A DNA stretch of 34,621 nt, taken from NCBI GenBank assembly GCA_004377135.1, contig SOHS01000176.1:1-34621 (forward strand). The letters run 5' to 3'. Of the stretch, positions 1-9,415 are shown one piece after another. The number at the start of each line of letters is the position of its first letter. Position 1 is the stretch's first letter. The notes under the pieces were generated by a model, which did not search any database, was not told where the DNA came from, and worked only from the letters and a program-made list of their open reading frames with translations. Source of the stretch: Dehalococcoidia bacterium. Lineage in GTDB: Bacteria > Chloroflexota > Dehalococcoidia > GIF9 > AB-539-J10. The position numbers were made by a program, and so were the translations under genes.

Positions 1-1112
1 TGCTTAACCCGAAGCTAAAGGGAAAGCCGGTAATCGTGGGCGGAGACCCTGAGCGGCGCGGTGTAGTTGCCTCCGCTTCCTATGAAGCGCGAACTTTCGG
101 CATCCATGCCGGTATGCCGTCATCCAAGGCACACCGACTTTGTCCCCAGGCAGTTTTCATACGGTCTCACTTCTCTATCTATAAAGATGCTTCAGCTAAG
201 TTTATGAAAATCTTAGGCGATTTTTCTCCTCACATCGAACCCTTAGGGTTTGAGGAAGCCTATCTTGATGTTACCGGATGCGAAGAACCTTATGGTTCTC
301 CCCAGAAACTGGCACTGGCTATAAAAGAAAGGATAAATAAGGAACTCAATCTCACAGCTTCCGTAGGCATCGCTACCTGCAAGGTAGTAGCTAAGATCGT
401 CTCCGACCTATGTAAGCCCGATGGCCTGCTGGAGATAGCCCCGGGGGAGGAGCAGGCTTTCCTCAATACACTCCCCGTAGCTAAACTACCCGGGGTGGGC
501 AAGAAAACGGAGCAAGCATTAGGGGAGATTGGGATAACGACAATAGGAGAATTAGCCAGCCTTCCTCTGGACACGATAAAAAGACAGTTCGGAGCAACTG
601 GAGCAGTGCTTCATAGCTATGCCAGGGGAATAGATGACCGGGAGGTAGAAGCGCCGGGCGAAGCTAAATCCATTAGCCAAGAGCTCACTTTTGCCCGCGA
701 TACCCTGGACCGCAATTCTCTTGAGACCAATCTTCATAATTTATGCCAGGAACTTTGCCAGGAGCTGCGCAGCCAAAATAAAAGAGCAAGATGTGTAGCT
801 ATAAAGCTGAGGTATGCCGACTTTAAGACAATCACCCGCCAGGTCACCCTCCAAGAAGCTAGCGACGTTACCCAGGTTGTTTTTGCCACAGCTCAGCAGT
901 TGCTGGGTAAAACTCTGGCACAACAAGAAAAACCAGTACGACTGATAGGTGTTAGAATATCAAGCCTGGTGGGCGAGGGGAAACAGCTCCCCATGTTTGA
1001 TTCCGGGACGGAAAAGCCGGAGCACCTGGATAAAGCTATAGACAAAATTCGAAGCAAATACGGCTCAACGGCGCTAAAAACAGGCAACAGCATTTCTTCT
1101 GAGAGCAGTTAA
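1..1112 (+). CDS. dinB: DNA polymerase IV (Y-family translesion polymerase), 5' end cut by the window edge
   Basis: Frame 3 is already open from base 3 (LNPKLKGKPVIVGGDP precedes the GTG at 36 used by the ORF track). Y-family hallmarks are present: SYEARTFGI, FSPHIEPLGFEEAYLDVTG and LPVAKLPGVGKKT (HhH). Stop at 1110-1112. Confidence 0.9.
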   Translation, partial: LNPKLKGKPVIVGGDPERRGVVASASYEARTFGIHAGMPSSKAHRLCPQAVFIRSHFSIYKDASAKFMKILGDFSPHIEPLGFEEAYLDVTGCEEPYGSPQKLALAIKERINKELNLTASVGIATCKVVAKIVSDLCKPDGLLEIAPGEEQAFLNTLPVAKLPGVGKKTEQALGEIGITTIGELASLPLDTIKRQFGATGAVLHSYARGIDDREVEAPGEAKSISQELTFARDTLDRNSLETNLHNLCQELCQELRSQNKRARCVAIKLRYADFKTITRQVTLQEASDVTQVVFATAQQLLGKTLAQQEKPVRLIGVRISSLVGEGKQLPMFDSGTEKPEHLDKAIDKIRSKYGSTALKTGNSISSESS

Positions 1113-1241
1113 CCATCCTTTTCAGCGCTAGCCCTTGACCAAGAGTCTTCGTCTGCGTCTTAGAATGGCGGGGAGGGCTTGTTTTGGACTTACAATACGA
1201 AGTATAATTGACTACCTTTACCTATAATAGAAAGGAGAAAG

Positions 1242-2174
1242 ATGTCGGACTATGCCTTTTTCCACAAACAATTTATGCCACTATCTGAAGCCAAAATCAG
1301 CATCCTGACCCATGCCCTCCACTACGGCACCGCTTGCTTTGAGGGCATCCGCGGTAACTGGGATAGCGAGCAAAAAAGATTTTGCATCTTTAGAATCCAA
1401 GATCACTATAAACGCATGTTTGACGGCTGTCGCATCCTGAAAATAAATCTCCCCTATTCCGTGGATGAGCTTTGCCAATTGACCAAGGAGCTTTTGGAAA
1501 GCAGTGGCTACCGGGAAGACGTATACATTCGTCCTTTAGCCTATAAAAGCTCCGAAGCTGTAGGAGTTCGTCTCCACAACCTGGAGGATGATTTCTTAAT
1601 TGTCGTGACCACACTCCCCACTTACCTTGATATAGATAATGGTGTTCGCTGTTGCACCTCGTCGTGGCGCCGCGTGGATGATACCATGATTCCACCTCGA
1701 GGCAAGATTTGTGGCATTTATGTAAACAGCGCTCTGGCTAAAACCGAGGCCCAGGAAAGTGGCTTTGATGAAGCAATATTGTTAACTCAAGATGGACATG
1801 TCTGCGAGGGCAGTGGTGAGAATATCTTCCTTATTTTAGGGGGGAAACTGGTAACTCCACCGTCATCCGATAACATCCTCATGGGCATCACCAGGGACAC
1901 GGTCATGAAATTAGCTAAAAATGAGTTAGGCATAGATACAATTGAAAGGCAAGTTGACAGAAGCGAACTTTATGTGGCTGAAGAATGTTTCTTTACCGGG
2001 ACGGCAGCCAACATGGCGCCAATATTAGAAATCGACCATCGCCCTATAGGCACGGGCGAGATTGGCAAAATGACCGCCAAATTACAAAAGCTCTTCGCCG
2101 AAGTGATACTGGGAAGCAATCCTAAATATCATGATTGGTATTACCTGGTTTCCCCTAAAGCCGTAACGGCATAA
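1242..2174 (+). CDS. ilvE: branched-chain amino acid aminotransferase (fold type IV PLP enzyme)
   Basis: 310-aa ORF with ALHYGTACFEGIRG, EGSGENIF and GITRD motifs. AAAGGAG Shine-Dalgarno sequence lies a few nt before ATG 1242. Confidence 0.85.
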   Translation: MSDYAFFHKQFMPLSEAKISILTHALHYGTACFEGIRGNWDSEQKRFCIFRIQDHYKRMFDGCRILKINLPYSVDELCQLTKELLESSGYREDVYIRPLAYKSSEAVGVRLHNLEDDFLIVVTTLPTYLDIDNGVRCCTSSWRRVDDTMIPPRGKICGIYVNSALAKTEAQESGFDEAILLTQDGHVCEGSGENIFLILGGKLVTPPSSDNILMGITRDTVMKLAKNELGIDTIERQVDRSELYVAEECFFTGTAANMAPILEIDHRPIGTGEIGKMTAKLQKLFAEVILGSNPKYHDWYYLVSPKAVTA

Positions 2175-2183
2175 CCGAATCTC

Positions 2184-2765
2184 TTAAACGGGGGTTATCC
2201 CGGGATCCACGGGTAAAGCCTTGAGCAGGTAGAGGAGGCGACAGCTCTGCTCCAGGACAACAGTATAGTAATAGGCTTCCTCTAACAACTGGCTGGCAGC
2301 AAAAGTTCCATGCCCTCGCACTAAAACCACTCTGTACTCTCCCATCAACCTGGCTATCTCATCGGCAAGTTCTCCCGGCTTCACCCCCATTTCTGCACTT
2401 AAGATAGGCACCTTAGACAACAAAGCCCGCCCTTCTACATCGGGGGGCACAATCTCTTTTTCCACGAAAGACAAAGCAACAGCGTAAGGCGGATGAGCGT
2501 GAACCACCGCCAATGCCGAGGTATTTTTATAGATACAGCGATGAACTTCCAGCTCCGTTGAAGCCAGGGGTGTAGCCCGATTGTTCTTACTTATCCCGGT
2601 CTCCACCAAATCCCCTTCTTGAATGAAGCCCAACAGGCTGCCCCGATGGGTAATAACTAGATGCTCTCCAAGTTTGACGCTGAGATTACCTCCCTGGGGA
2701 GAAACCAATCCTTGAGTGAAGAGAGCTTGTCCCACCGCTTGGAATTGGAACAGCATTTTTAACAC
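2184..2765 (-). CDS. class II aldolase/adducin-domain protein
   Basis: 193 aa with an HAHPPYAVALS-type metal-binding His motif typical of class II aldolase/epimerase-like proteins. The GTG start abuts the lexA stop codon with 0-nt gap; an alternative ATG is at 2756. Confidence 0.7.
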   Translation of the reverse strand: MLKMLFQFQAVGQALFTQGLVSPQGGNLSVKLGEHLVITHRGSLLGFIQEGDLVETGISKNNRATPLASTELEVHRCIYKNTSALAVVHAHPPYAVALSFVEKEIVPPDVEGRALLSKVPILSAEMGVKPGELADEIARLMGEYRVVLVRGHGTFAASQLLEEAYYYTVVLEQSCRLLYLLKALPVDPGITPV

Positions 2766-3404
2766 CTATGATATACGCCGTATCACAGCCACCACCCTCC
2801 CCTGAACCTCAACATTATCTGGAGTAGTATAAATGGGTTTCATCTGACTATTCGCTGGCTCCAGGCGGATACGATTTGGCTCAGCGAAAAACCTTTTAAG
2901 TGTGACCTCTTGTTCTTCCTTAAGCCAGACCGCCACCATATCGCCATTCTCAGCACTGTTCCCATAGTCCATTAAAACCATGTCCCCATCCCCTATCAAA
3001 GCATCCAGCATGGAATTTCCTCTTACCCGAAGGGCATAAATATCTTGCTTTCCTCGAATTAATTCCTCACTGACTTCCAATCCCTCATTGGGAATACTAG
3101 TTCCTGTGTCAGGCACAGGAATAGGCTCACCAGCAGCTATTACCCCCGCTATGGGAATATAAACGAGTTTCCCTCCCTTTTGCTGTGGGGTCAAGAACTC
3201 AATTCCCCGAGATATGTCACTGTGGCGGCGAATATATCCTGCTTGTTCTAACTTGTCCAGGTTGTAAGCTACCACCGAGGTGGAGCTTATCCCACATCCA
3301 GCAGCAATATCTCTAATAGTAGGAGGATAACCTTTGTCATGCAAAAATTCGGTGACAAAGTTGATAATTCCTTCCTGCTTTGGCGAAAGCGACTTAATAG
3401 CCAT
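2766..3404 (-). CDS. lexA: LexA repressor (S24 self-cleaving SOS regulator)
   Basis: N-terminal winged HTH (YPPTIRDIAAGCGISSTSVVAYNLDKLE). Ala-Gly cleavage site (VIAAGEP), catalytic Ser (GNSM) and Lys (LKRF) are all present. Confidence 0.92.
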   Translation of the reverse strand: MAIKSLSPKQEGIINFVTEFLHDKGYPPTIRDIAAGCGISSTSVVAYNLDKLEQAGYIRRHSDISRGIEFLTPQQKGGKLVYIPIAGVIAAGEPIPVPDTGTSIPNEGLEVSEELIRGKQDIYALRVRGNSMLDALIGDGDMVLMDYGNSAENGDMVAVWLKEEQEVTLKRFFAEPNRIRLEPANSQMKPIYTTPDNVEVQGRVVAVIRRIS

Positions 3405-3418
3405 CGGTTACCAGTTGA

Positions 3419-3676
3419 CTACTTCTTATTCAGCTTTTTCATCAAGCGAGACTTAAGTCTGGCGCCTTTATTTCTATGAATAATCCCCTTGCTTACTGCC
3501 TTATCTATACCACTCATAGCCTGCGTTGTTTTCTGGTGTGCCGATTCTTCCCCGGCACCAATTGAACTTTTCGCTTTAACTATATGAGTCTTAACACTAC
3601 CGCGTACTAAGCGATTCCTTAACCGTTTTCTCTCTGCTGTCCTGGCTACTTTATTACTCTGCTTGCTAGGTGACAC
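3419..3676 (-). CDS. rpsT: 30S ribosomal protein S20
   Basis: 85-aa highly basic ORF (ARTAERKRLRNRL..., ...HRNKGARLKSRL). AAGGGGGA lies upstream of the GTG start, and the start overlaps the relA 3' end by 11 nt. Confidence 0.85.
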   Translation of the reverse strand: MSPSKQSNKVARTAERKRLRNRLVRGSVKTHIVKAKSSIGAGEESAHQKTTQAMSGIDKAVSKGIIHRNKGARLKSRLMKKLNKK

Positions 3677-5816
3677 TTATTTCCCCCTTTCTCGTTACAC
3701 TTACTACGTTCCATACCGAATAAACTCTAGACATTATTTTGCTTAGCTGAGCAGCACCTTTCACCTCTAAGGTAAAATACAATATGACACTACCATCATT
3801 GTGGTTGCCCATGCTTACCTCGCCAAGGTTTACCCCTTCCTCTGCTATAATAGCACTAATATCCCGAACAAGGCCAACTCTATCCCAAGCATCAATCTGA
3901 ATCATCACGGGGTAAACCTGTGCCACATCACCCCACTCTACCTTGATCAACCTTTCCTTCTCCTCCTCATGGATAATATTAGGGCAATCCCTCCGGTGCA
4001 CAGTGATACCCCGGCCTTGAGTAATATACCCAATAATCTTATCCCCAGGCAAGGGATGACAACAATTAGCTAAACGAGTAAGTAAGTCCCCCACACCCAA
4101 CACGTTAATACTTACAGGGCTGACCTTCCGCGGAGGCATAACTTCAACCCCCTCTCCAGTCGACTCCAACTCTCCGCTTAATTTAAGCATTATTTGAGAG
4201 GAATTGATGCTGCCACTGCCCAAGGCAGCAAAAAGGTCATCTGCGCCGTCATAGTCAAGTAGACGCGCTACTTCGTCTGCACCGGGCAAACCGATGCCTA
4301 ACCTCTTAAGCTCCCTATCCCAAATTTGCTTGCCATATTCAATACATTGACTTCGTTCCTGCTTGTTAAACCATTGCCGAACCTTGCTTCGCGCGTGAGA
4401 CGTCTTAAGATAGCCAAGCTCGGGATTAAGCCAGTCCAGACTCGGGCCCTTATCTACTTTGCTGGCCATAATCGCCACCACATCGCCATTCTTAAGGGTA
4501 TAATTCAAGGGTTCAAGCTTGCCATTCACTTTCGCTCCAATACACCTATAGCCCAAGTTCGTATGAATTCGAAAGGCGAAATCTAGAGGAGTAGCGCCCC
4601 TGGGCAACTCTTTTATCTCCCCTTTAGGAGTATAGACAAACACTCGATCGACAAGAACATCGGTTTTAACAGATTCCAGAAATTCCTCACTATCAAGCTC
4701 TTCTCTCCAATCACCAAGCTGCCGCAACCAAGCTATTTCATCCCTAAATTGCCCACCTACCTTGCCTTCTTTATAGAGCCAGTGAGCAGCCACCCCATAT
4801 TCGTTGACTCTATGCATATCATGGGTCCGAATTTGTATTTCTAGCGGTCTTGTATCTTGACACATTACCGTAGTATGCAAAGCTTGATAGCCATTATCCT
4901 TGGGATTAGCAATAAAATCATCGAACTCTTCAGGAGTAGGACGCCAAAGATTATGAAGTACACCTAATGCCTTATAACAATCTGAAACCGAGTCCACCAA
5001 CACACGTAAGGCGAAAAGGTCATGGATATCCCTAAAATTCTTACCCTGCGCATCATACTTGCCCATCTTTTGATATATGCTGTAAATATGTTTTGGCCGG
5101 CCATAAACCTTAGCTTTTATATCGACCTTATCTAATTCCTGGCACAGTATCTGACTAACCTCAGCTATGAAGCCTTCCCTCTCGGCTCGCTTTCCAGCTA
5201 CCAAACGAGCAATCCGATGGTACAAACGTGGCTTCAGATAGCGAAAAGCTAAATCCTCTAATTGCCATTTCGCATCCCTCATACCTAAACGGTGCGCCAG
5301 GGGAGCATATATCTCCATGGTCTCCTGAGCGATATCACGCCGTTTCTCTGCGGGTAAAGCACCCAGTGTACGCATGTTATGTAACCTGTCTGCCAATTTG
5401 ATAAGAACCACCCGTAGGTCTTCAGCCGTAGCCAGGAGCATTTTGCGCAAGTTTTCCGCCTGAACCTTCGACTTTGTTTCTCTCGTTCGAGCTCGACTTG
5501 TAAGCTTGTTCAACTTAGTAACTCCATCAACAAGTTTACCTACCTGTGAACCAAAGTTGGCCTCAATCTCCTCTAATGGTACACCACAATCCTCGGTGAC
5601 ATCGTGCAACAAGGCTGCAGCTAAGGTTTCAGCATCAAGGTGAAACTCAGCCAAAATCATAGCTGTAGTTAAGGGATGTTCTAAATAAGGCTCTCCTGTT
5701 TTACGCACCTGCCCTTGGTGAGCTCTCGAAGCAAATTCGTAAGCTGCTTTAACCAGAGCTACCTTGTCATCAGGCAGGTAAGTGCCAGCCTGTTTTATAA
5801 GCTCATTAACTTCCAT
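3666..5816 (-). CDS. relA: bifunctional (p)ppGpp synthetase/hydrolase, RelA/SpoT (Rel) family
   Basis: 716 aa. It has an N-terminal HD hydrolase region (HPLTTAMILAE, LLHDVTED), a synthetase region (YQALHTTV, EIQIRT), a TGS domain (VYTPKGEIKELPRGATPLDFAFRIH) and a C-terminal ACT-like domain. Confidence 0.93.
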   Translation of the reverse strand: MEVNELIKQAGTYLPDDKVALVKAAYEFASRAHQGQVRKTGEPYLEHPLTTAMILAEFHLDAETLAAALLHDVTEDCGVPLEEIEANFGSQVGKLVDGVTKLNKLTSRARTRETKSKVQAENLRKMLLATAEDLRVVLIKLADRLHNMRTLGALPAEKRRDIAQETMEIYAPLAHRLGMRDAKWQLEDLAFRYLKPRLYHRIARLVAGKRAEREGFIAEVSQILCQELDKVDIKAKVYGRPKHIYSIYQKMGKYDAQGKNFRDIHDLFALRVLVDSVSDCYKALGVLHNLWRPTPEEFDDFIANPKDNGYQALHTTVMCQDTRPLEIQIRTHDMHRVNEYGVAAHWLYKEGKVGGQFRDEIAWLRQLGDWREELDSEEFLESVKTDVLVDRVFVYTPKGEIKELPRGATPLDFAFRIHTNLGYRCIGAKVNGKLEPLNYTLKNGDVVAIMASKVDKGPSLDWLNPELGYLKTSHARSKVRQWFNKQERSQCIEYGKQIWDRELKRLGIGLPGADEVARLLDYDGADDLFAALGSGSINSSQIMLKLSGELESTGEGVEVMPPRKVSPVSINVLGVGDLLTRLANCCHPLPGDKIIGYITQGRGITVHRRDCPNIIHEEEKERLIKVEWGDVAQVYPVMIQIDAWDRVGLVRDISAIIAEEGVNLGEVSMGNHNDGSVILYFTLEVKGAAQLSKIMSRVYSVWNVVSVTRKGEISVT

Positions 5817-5888
5817 CTAATTCATGATACTGCAACAGCAAAAGTAACGCAAATTATAGTTAAGATGGTTAGGAGAGTGCTTACAAAT

Positions 5889-5960
5889 GTCATTCTGAGG
5901 AGTCCCCATAAATCGGGACGAGGAATAATCTCAAAGATCCTTCGCTTCGCTCAGGATGAC
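5889..5960. repeat. imperfect palindromic (REP-like) element in the relA/hisS divergent intergenic region
   Basis: GTCATTCTGAG (5889-5899) pairs with CTCAGGATGAC (5950-5960), giving 10 Watson-Crick pairs plus 1 G-T. An inner hairpin GTCCC/GGGAC lies at 5902-5919. Its translation (ILRFAQDDN in the spurious ORF 5715-6026) resembles peptides I recall from a palindromic repeat family seen in many genomes. Confidence 0.6.
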
Positions 5961-6018
5961 AATGGCAGGCTGAATAGTTACAATATGGTAAACTACAAGA
6001 TAGACAAGGAGGATTTCT

Positions 6019-7278
6019 TTGTATAAAGCGCCTCGAGGGACATTCGACATCCTGCCACAAGAGCATGCCTACTGGAAATACATAGAGGAAAAAGCTATTT
6101 CCTTATGCCAGCTCTATGGTTACCAACCATTGAGCACGCCGATATTCGAAGATGCCCAGCTTTTCACCAAAACTGTGGCCGGGGGGACAGATATCGTCGA
6201 CAAGGAAATGTATATCTTCGAAGATAAAAGTGGACAGGAATTGGCTTTAAGGGCAGAGGTAACAGCGCCAGTTTGCCGAGCTTATCTAGAGCATGGATTA
6301 TTTAACTTAGTTCAACCCGTGAAGCTTTATTACATTGGACCGGCCTTCAGGTATGAACGTCCCCAGTTTGGGAGGTACCGCCAGCATCACCAATTTGGCT
6401 TTGAGGCTTTAGGGGAGGCAGACCCCGCCCTCGATGCTGAAGTAATTGAAATGGCACAGCAATTCTTTTATTCGCTAGGGCTCTCTCGATTTTCTATTCA
6501 ACTCAATAGCATTGGCTGTAAGGTTTGCCGCCCCGGGTATTTAGAAGTACTGAGGCAGCATTATTCAAGTTATACAGACCGTCTTTGCCCTGACTGCAAA
6601 GCCAGGCTGGTCAAGAACCCGCTACGCCTGCTTGACTGCAAGAAAACCTCTTGCCAGGAGATAGCTAAAACCGCACCGAAAATTCCATATTATCTATGCC
6701 CCGAATGCCAACTCCACTTCCAAAGCGTTCAAAAATATTTAGGGGCAATGAACATCCCCTTTCAATTGAATCATAGATTGGTCCGTGGCCTGGATTATTA
6801 CACCAGGACAGTGTTCGAGATTGAACCTCGAGATAAAGGAGGACAAAGCACGCTCGGCGGAGGTGGTCGCTATGATGACCTCATTGAATCATTAGGAGGC
6901 ACACCAACTCCTGCGGTGGGCTTTGCGGCCGGGCTGGAAAGAATAATATTGAATCTGAAGAAACAGAAATTAGCTATTCCGGCATTGCCCAAGCCCGATG
7001 CTTTTATCGCCTACCTGGGGGAAGAAGCCAAGATTGAAGCGATGAAGATTGCCTCGGAGCTACGGAAAGCTGGGATTGCGATTATCATGGCTACAGGTGA
7101 CAAGAGCCTGAGAGGGCAGATGAGACAAGCTAATTCCCTGGGTAGTGCCTACGCCCTTATCCTCGGCGAACAAGAGATCAGCAACCAGAATGTAATATTG
7201 CGAGATATGAAGAATGGGGAACAAAAAACCATCCCTTTGGCTGAAATAGCCAGAATGCTTAAACAAGGTCAAAAGTAA
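6019..7278 (+). CDS. hisS: histidine--tRNA ligase
   Basis: 419 aa with HisRS signatures FRYERPQFGRYRQHHQFG and GGGGRYDDL. AAGGAGG lies 6 nt before the TTG start. Confidence 0.93.
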   Translation: MYKAPRGTFDILPQEHAYWKYIEEKAISLCQLYGYQPLSTPIFEDAQLFTKTVAGGTDIVDKEMYIFEDKSGQELALRAEVTAPVCRAYLEHGLFNLVQPVKLYYIGPAFRYERPQFGRYRQHHQFGFEALGEADPALDAEVIEMAQQFFYSLGLSRFSIQLNSIGCKVCRPGYLEVLRQHYSSYTDRLCPDCKARLVKNPLRLLDCKKTSCQEIAKTAPKIPYYLCPECQLHFQSVQKYLGAMNIPFQLNHRLVRGLDYYTRTVFEIEPRDKGGQSTLGGGGRYDDLIESLGGTPTPAVGFAAGLERIILNLKKQKLAIPALPKPDAFIAYLGEEAKIEAMKIASELRKAGIAIIMATGDKSLRGQMRQANSLGSAYALILGEQEISNQNVILRDMKNGEQKTIPLAEIARMLKQGQK

Positions 7279-7296
7279 CACCTACAATGTCAGATA

Positions 7297-7305
7297 TGGT
7301 ATAAT
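7297..7305 (+). promoter_or_regulatory. extended -10 promoter element (TGGTATAAT) upstream of gyrB
   Basis: TG-n-TATAAT lies about 77 nt upstream of the gyrB ATG, in the only intergenic space after hisS. There is no good -35. Confidence 0.4.
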
Positions 7306-7381
7306 ATAGACATATTGTCATTGTTATCGACCACAAATGAAAGCCTAAATTGTTTCCCGCCATTACTTACAATTTCGCATT

Positions 7382-9304
7382 ATGCCTCAGCGTGACATGA
7401 ATAACGACGTAAACCGAGAGTATACCGCCCAAGACATCCAAATTTTAGATGAAATCAAAGCCGTACGCCTGCGGCCAGGAATGTATATTGGCGGCACAGA
7501 TCGACACGGATTACACCAACTGCTATACGAGATAGTGTATAACAGCATAGACGAAGCCATGGCTGGCTACTGCGACCAAATTGAAGTGACAATCCATGAA
7601 GATAATGGCGTCACCGTAACCGATAATGGACGAGGTATCCCCACAGAAACTATCCCGGGACAAGATATCACAGCCCTGGAAGCAGTCATGACTCGCCTGC
7701 ACGCCGGTGCCAAGTTCAGCAATTATGTCTATGGTGTATCCAGTGGTCTCCACGGCGTTGGTGCTTCGGTAGTAAATGCCCTATCCTCCTCGCTTAAAGT
7801 TGAGGTTAAACGCCAGGGAAAAATCTACCGCCACGAATATCACCAAGGGATTCCCCAAGGCGACATAGAAATTGTTGGCGACACCCAGGACACGGGTACT
7901 TCAACTACCTACCTCGCTGATAAGGAAATCTTCGAGACTATTGACTATGATTTCGACCTCGCCTGCCAGCGATTAAGGGAACTAGCTTACCTGAATAAAG
8001 GGGTGGAAATAGCCATTAAAGACGAGAGAAACAATCAAGAGAAAGCGTTCTACTTCGATGGGGGAATAGCCAGTTTTATTCGCCGACTCAATAGAAATAG
8101 AGCTGTTGTTCATCCCGACCCTATCTATATCTCCACTATGGTAGATAGCACTATCATTGAAGCGGCTCTGCAATACAACGAGAGCTTTACAGAATCCCTT
8201 CTCACCTTCGCCAACTGTGTCAATACCAGAGACGGCGGCAGCCACCTTACCGGCTTCCGCTCAGCATTAACCCGGGTTTTAAATGATTATGCCCGGAGCA
8301 GTAAATTTTTAAAGGATATTGACCCCAACTTAACCGGGGAAGATGTGCGTGAAGGGGCAGTGGTCATCATCAGTGTAAAACTGCCCCAGCCCCAGTTCGA
8401 GGGGCAAACTAAGGCAAGGTTGGGAAATCCCGAGGTAAAAACTCATGTTGAATCTGCTGTAGCAAATGGCCTGTCCCTGTACCTCGAGCAACACCCCAAC
8501 GAGGCAAAGGCAATCATAGAGAAGTGCCTCACCGCCGCCAAAGCCAGAGAGGCGGCACGTAAAGCTCGTGACCTCGTCTTAAAGAAGATTGGATTCGAAA
8601 CATCAACTCTGCCAGGGAAACTGGCCGATTGCTCCGAGAAAGAGCCGGCAAAATGTGAGCTTTACTTGGTTGAGGGGCCCTCAGCCGGCGGCTCAGCTAA
8701 ACAAGGACGAGACCGCCGTTTTCAAGCTATTCTCCCTCTGAGAGGCAAAATACTAAATGTCGAGAAGGCCAGCAAAGACAAGATTATAGTACATGAAGAG
8801 CTACGAGCCATTGTCACAGCGTTAAAGGCAAATAGTGATGACCAGTTTGATAGCTCTAAACTTCGCTACCATAGAGTAATTATCATGACCGATGCCGATG
8901 TTGACGGCGCCCATATTCGTACTTTGCTCCTCACCTTCTTCTTTCGCCATATGACAGAGCTAATTAACCAGGGCTACCTCTACATTGCTCAGCCACCCCT
9001 TTACCGCGTTAAATCTGGCAAACAGCACTTCTGGCTTTACTCTGAACAAGAGAAGGAAGAAAGGCTCAAAGAACTGAAAGAAGACAAAGTAGAGATTCAG
9101 CGATACAAAGGGCTGGGGGAGATGACTCCTGAACAACTGTGGGAGACAACCATGAATCCCGCCAACAGAACCCTGCTCAAAGTACAGGTAGAGGATGCCA
9201 TAGCCGCAGACGCGGCTTTCCGTATGCTAATGGGCGACGAAGTTCTGCCCCGCAAAAGATTCATCCAGGCCCATGCTCAAAGTGTGAAAAACCTCGATAT
9301 TTAG
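7382..9304 (+). CDS. gyrB: DNA gyrase subunit B
   Basis: 640 aa with a GHKL ATPase N-terminus (LRPGMYIGG), Toprim region (LYLVEGPSAGGSAKQGRDR, PLRGKILNVEKA, IMTDADVDGAHI) and C-terminal QRYKGLGEM. Confidence 0.95.
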   Translation: MPQRDMNNDVNREYTAQDIQILDEIKAVRLRPGMYIGGTDRHGLHQLLYEIVYNSIDEAMAGYCDQIEVTIHEDNGVTVTDNGRGIPTETIPGQDITALEAVMTRLHAGAKFSNYVYGVSSGLHGVGASVVNALSSSLKVEVKRQGKIYRHEYHQGIPQGDIEIVGDTQDTGTSTTYLADKEIFETIDYDFDLACQRLRELAYLNKGVEIAIKDERNNQEKAFYFDGGIASFIRRLNRNRAVVHPDPIYISTMVDSTIIEAALQYNESFTESLLTFANCVNTRDGGSHLTGFRSALTRVLNDYARSSKFLKDIDPNLTGEDVREGAVVIISVKLPQPQFEGQTKARLGNPEVKTHVESAVANGLSLYLEQHPNEAKAIIEKCLTAAKAREAARKARDLVLKKIGFETSTLPGKLADCSEKEPAKCELYLVEGPSAGGSAKQGRDRRFQAILPLRGKILNVEKASKDKIIVHEELRAIVTALKANSDDQFDSSKLRYHRVIIMTDADVDGAHIRTLLLTFFFRHMTELINQGYLYIAQPPLYRVKSGKQHFWLYSEQEKEERLKELKEDKVEIQRYKGLGEMTPEQLWETTMNPANRTLLKVQVEDAIAADAAFRMLMGDEVLPRKRFIQAHAQSVKNLDI

Positions 9305-9415
9305 CCGTTGGGCTTCGCGAACCCAACTGATTGTGTGATGTGAGGAGAATTAATAGGACAATCCGCACAATAGCACGTCTGAACTAATACTGTGCGGGGT
9401 AAGCCTAGTCGTTAG

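Noticed and set aside
5817-6018. T-box leader upstream of hisS
   Set aside because: No T-box sequence (AANNNGGGTGGNACCGCG-like) or specifier-loop architecture is visible. The structure present is a simple palindromic repeat.
5715-6026. 103-aa plus-strand ORF across the relA/hisS gap
   Set aside because: It starts antisense within the relA 5' end and reads through the palindromic repeat, which produces the ILRFAQDDN signature. It is a repeat-translation artefact, not a gene.
9305-9415. Terminator hairpins after gyrB (GTTGGG...CCCAAC at 9307-9327; CCGCACA...TGTGCGG about 9361-9395)
   Set aside because: The stems are short or have very large loops, and neither is followed by a T-tract. That is insufficient to call an intrinsic terminator.
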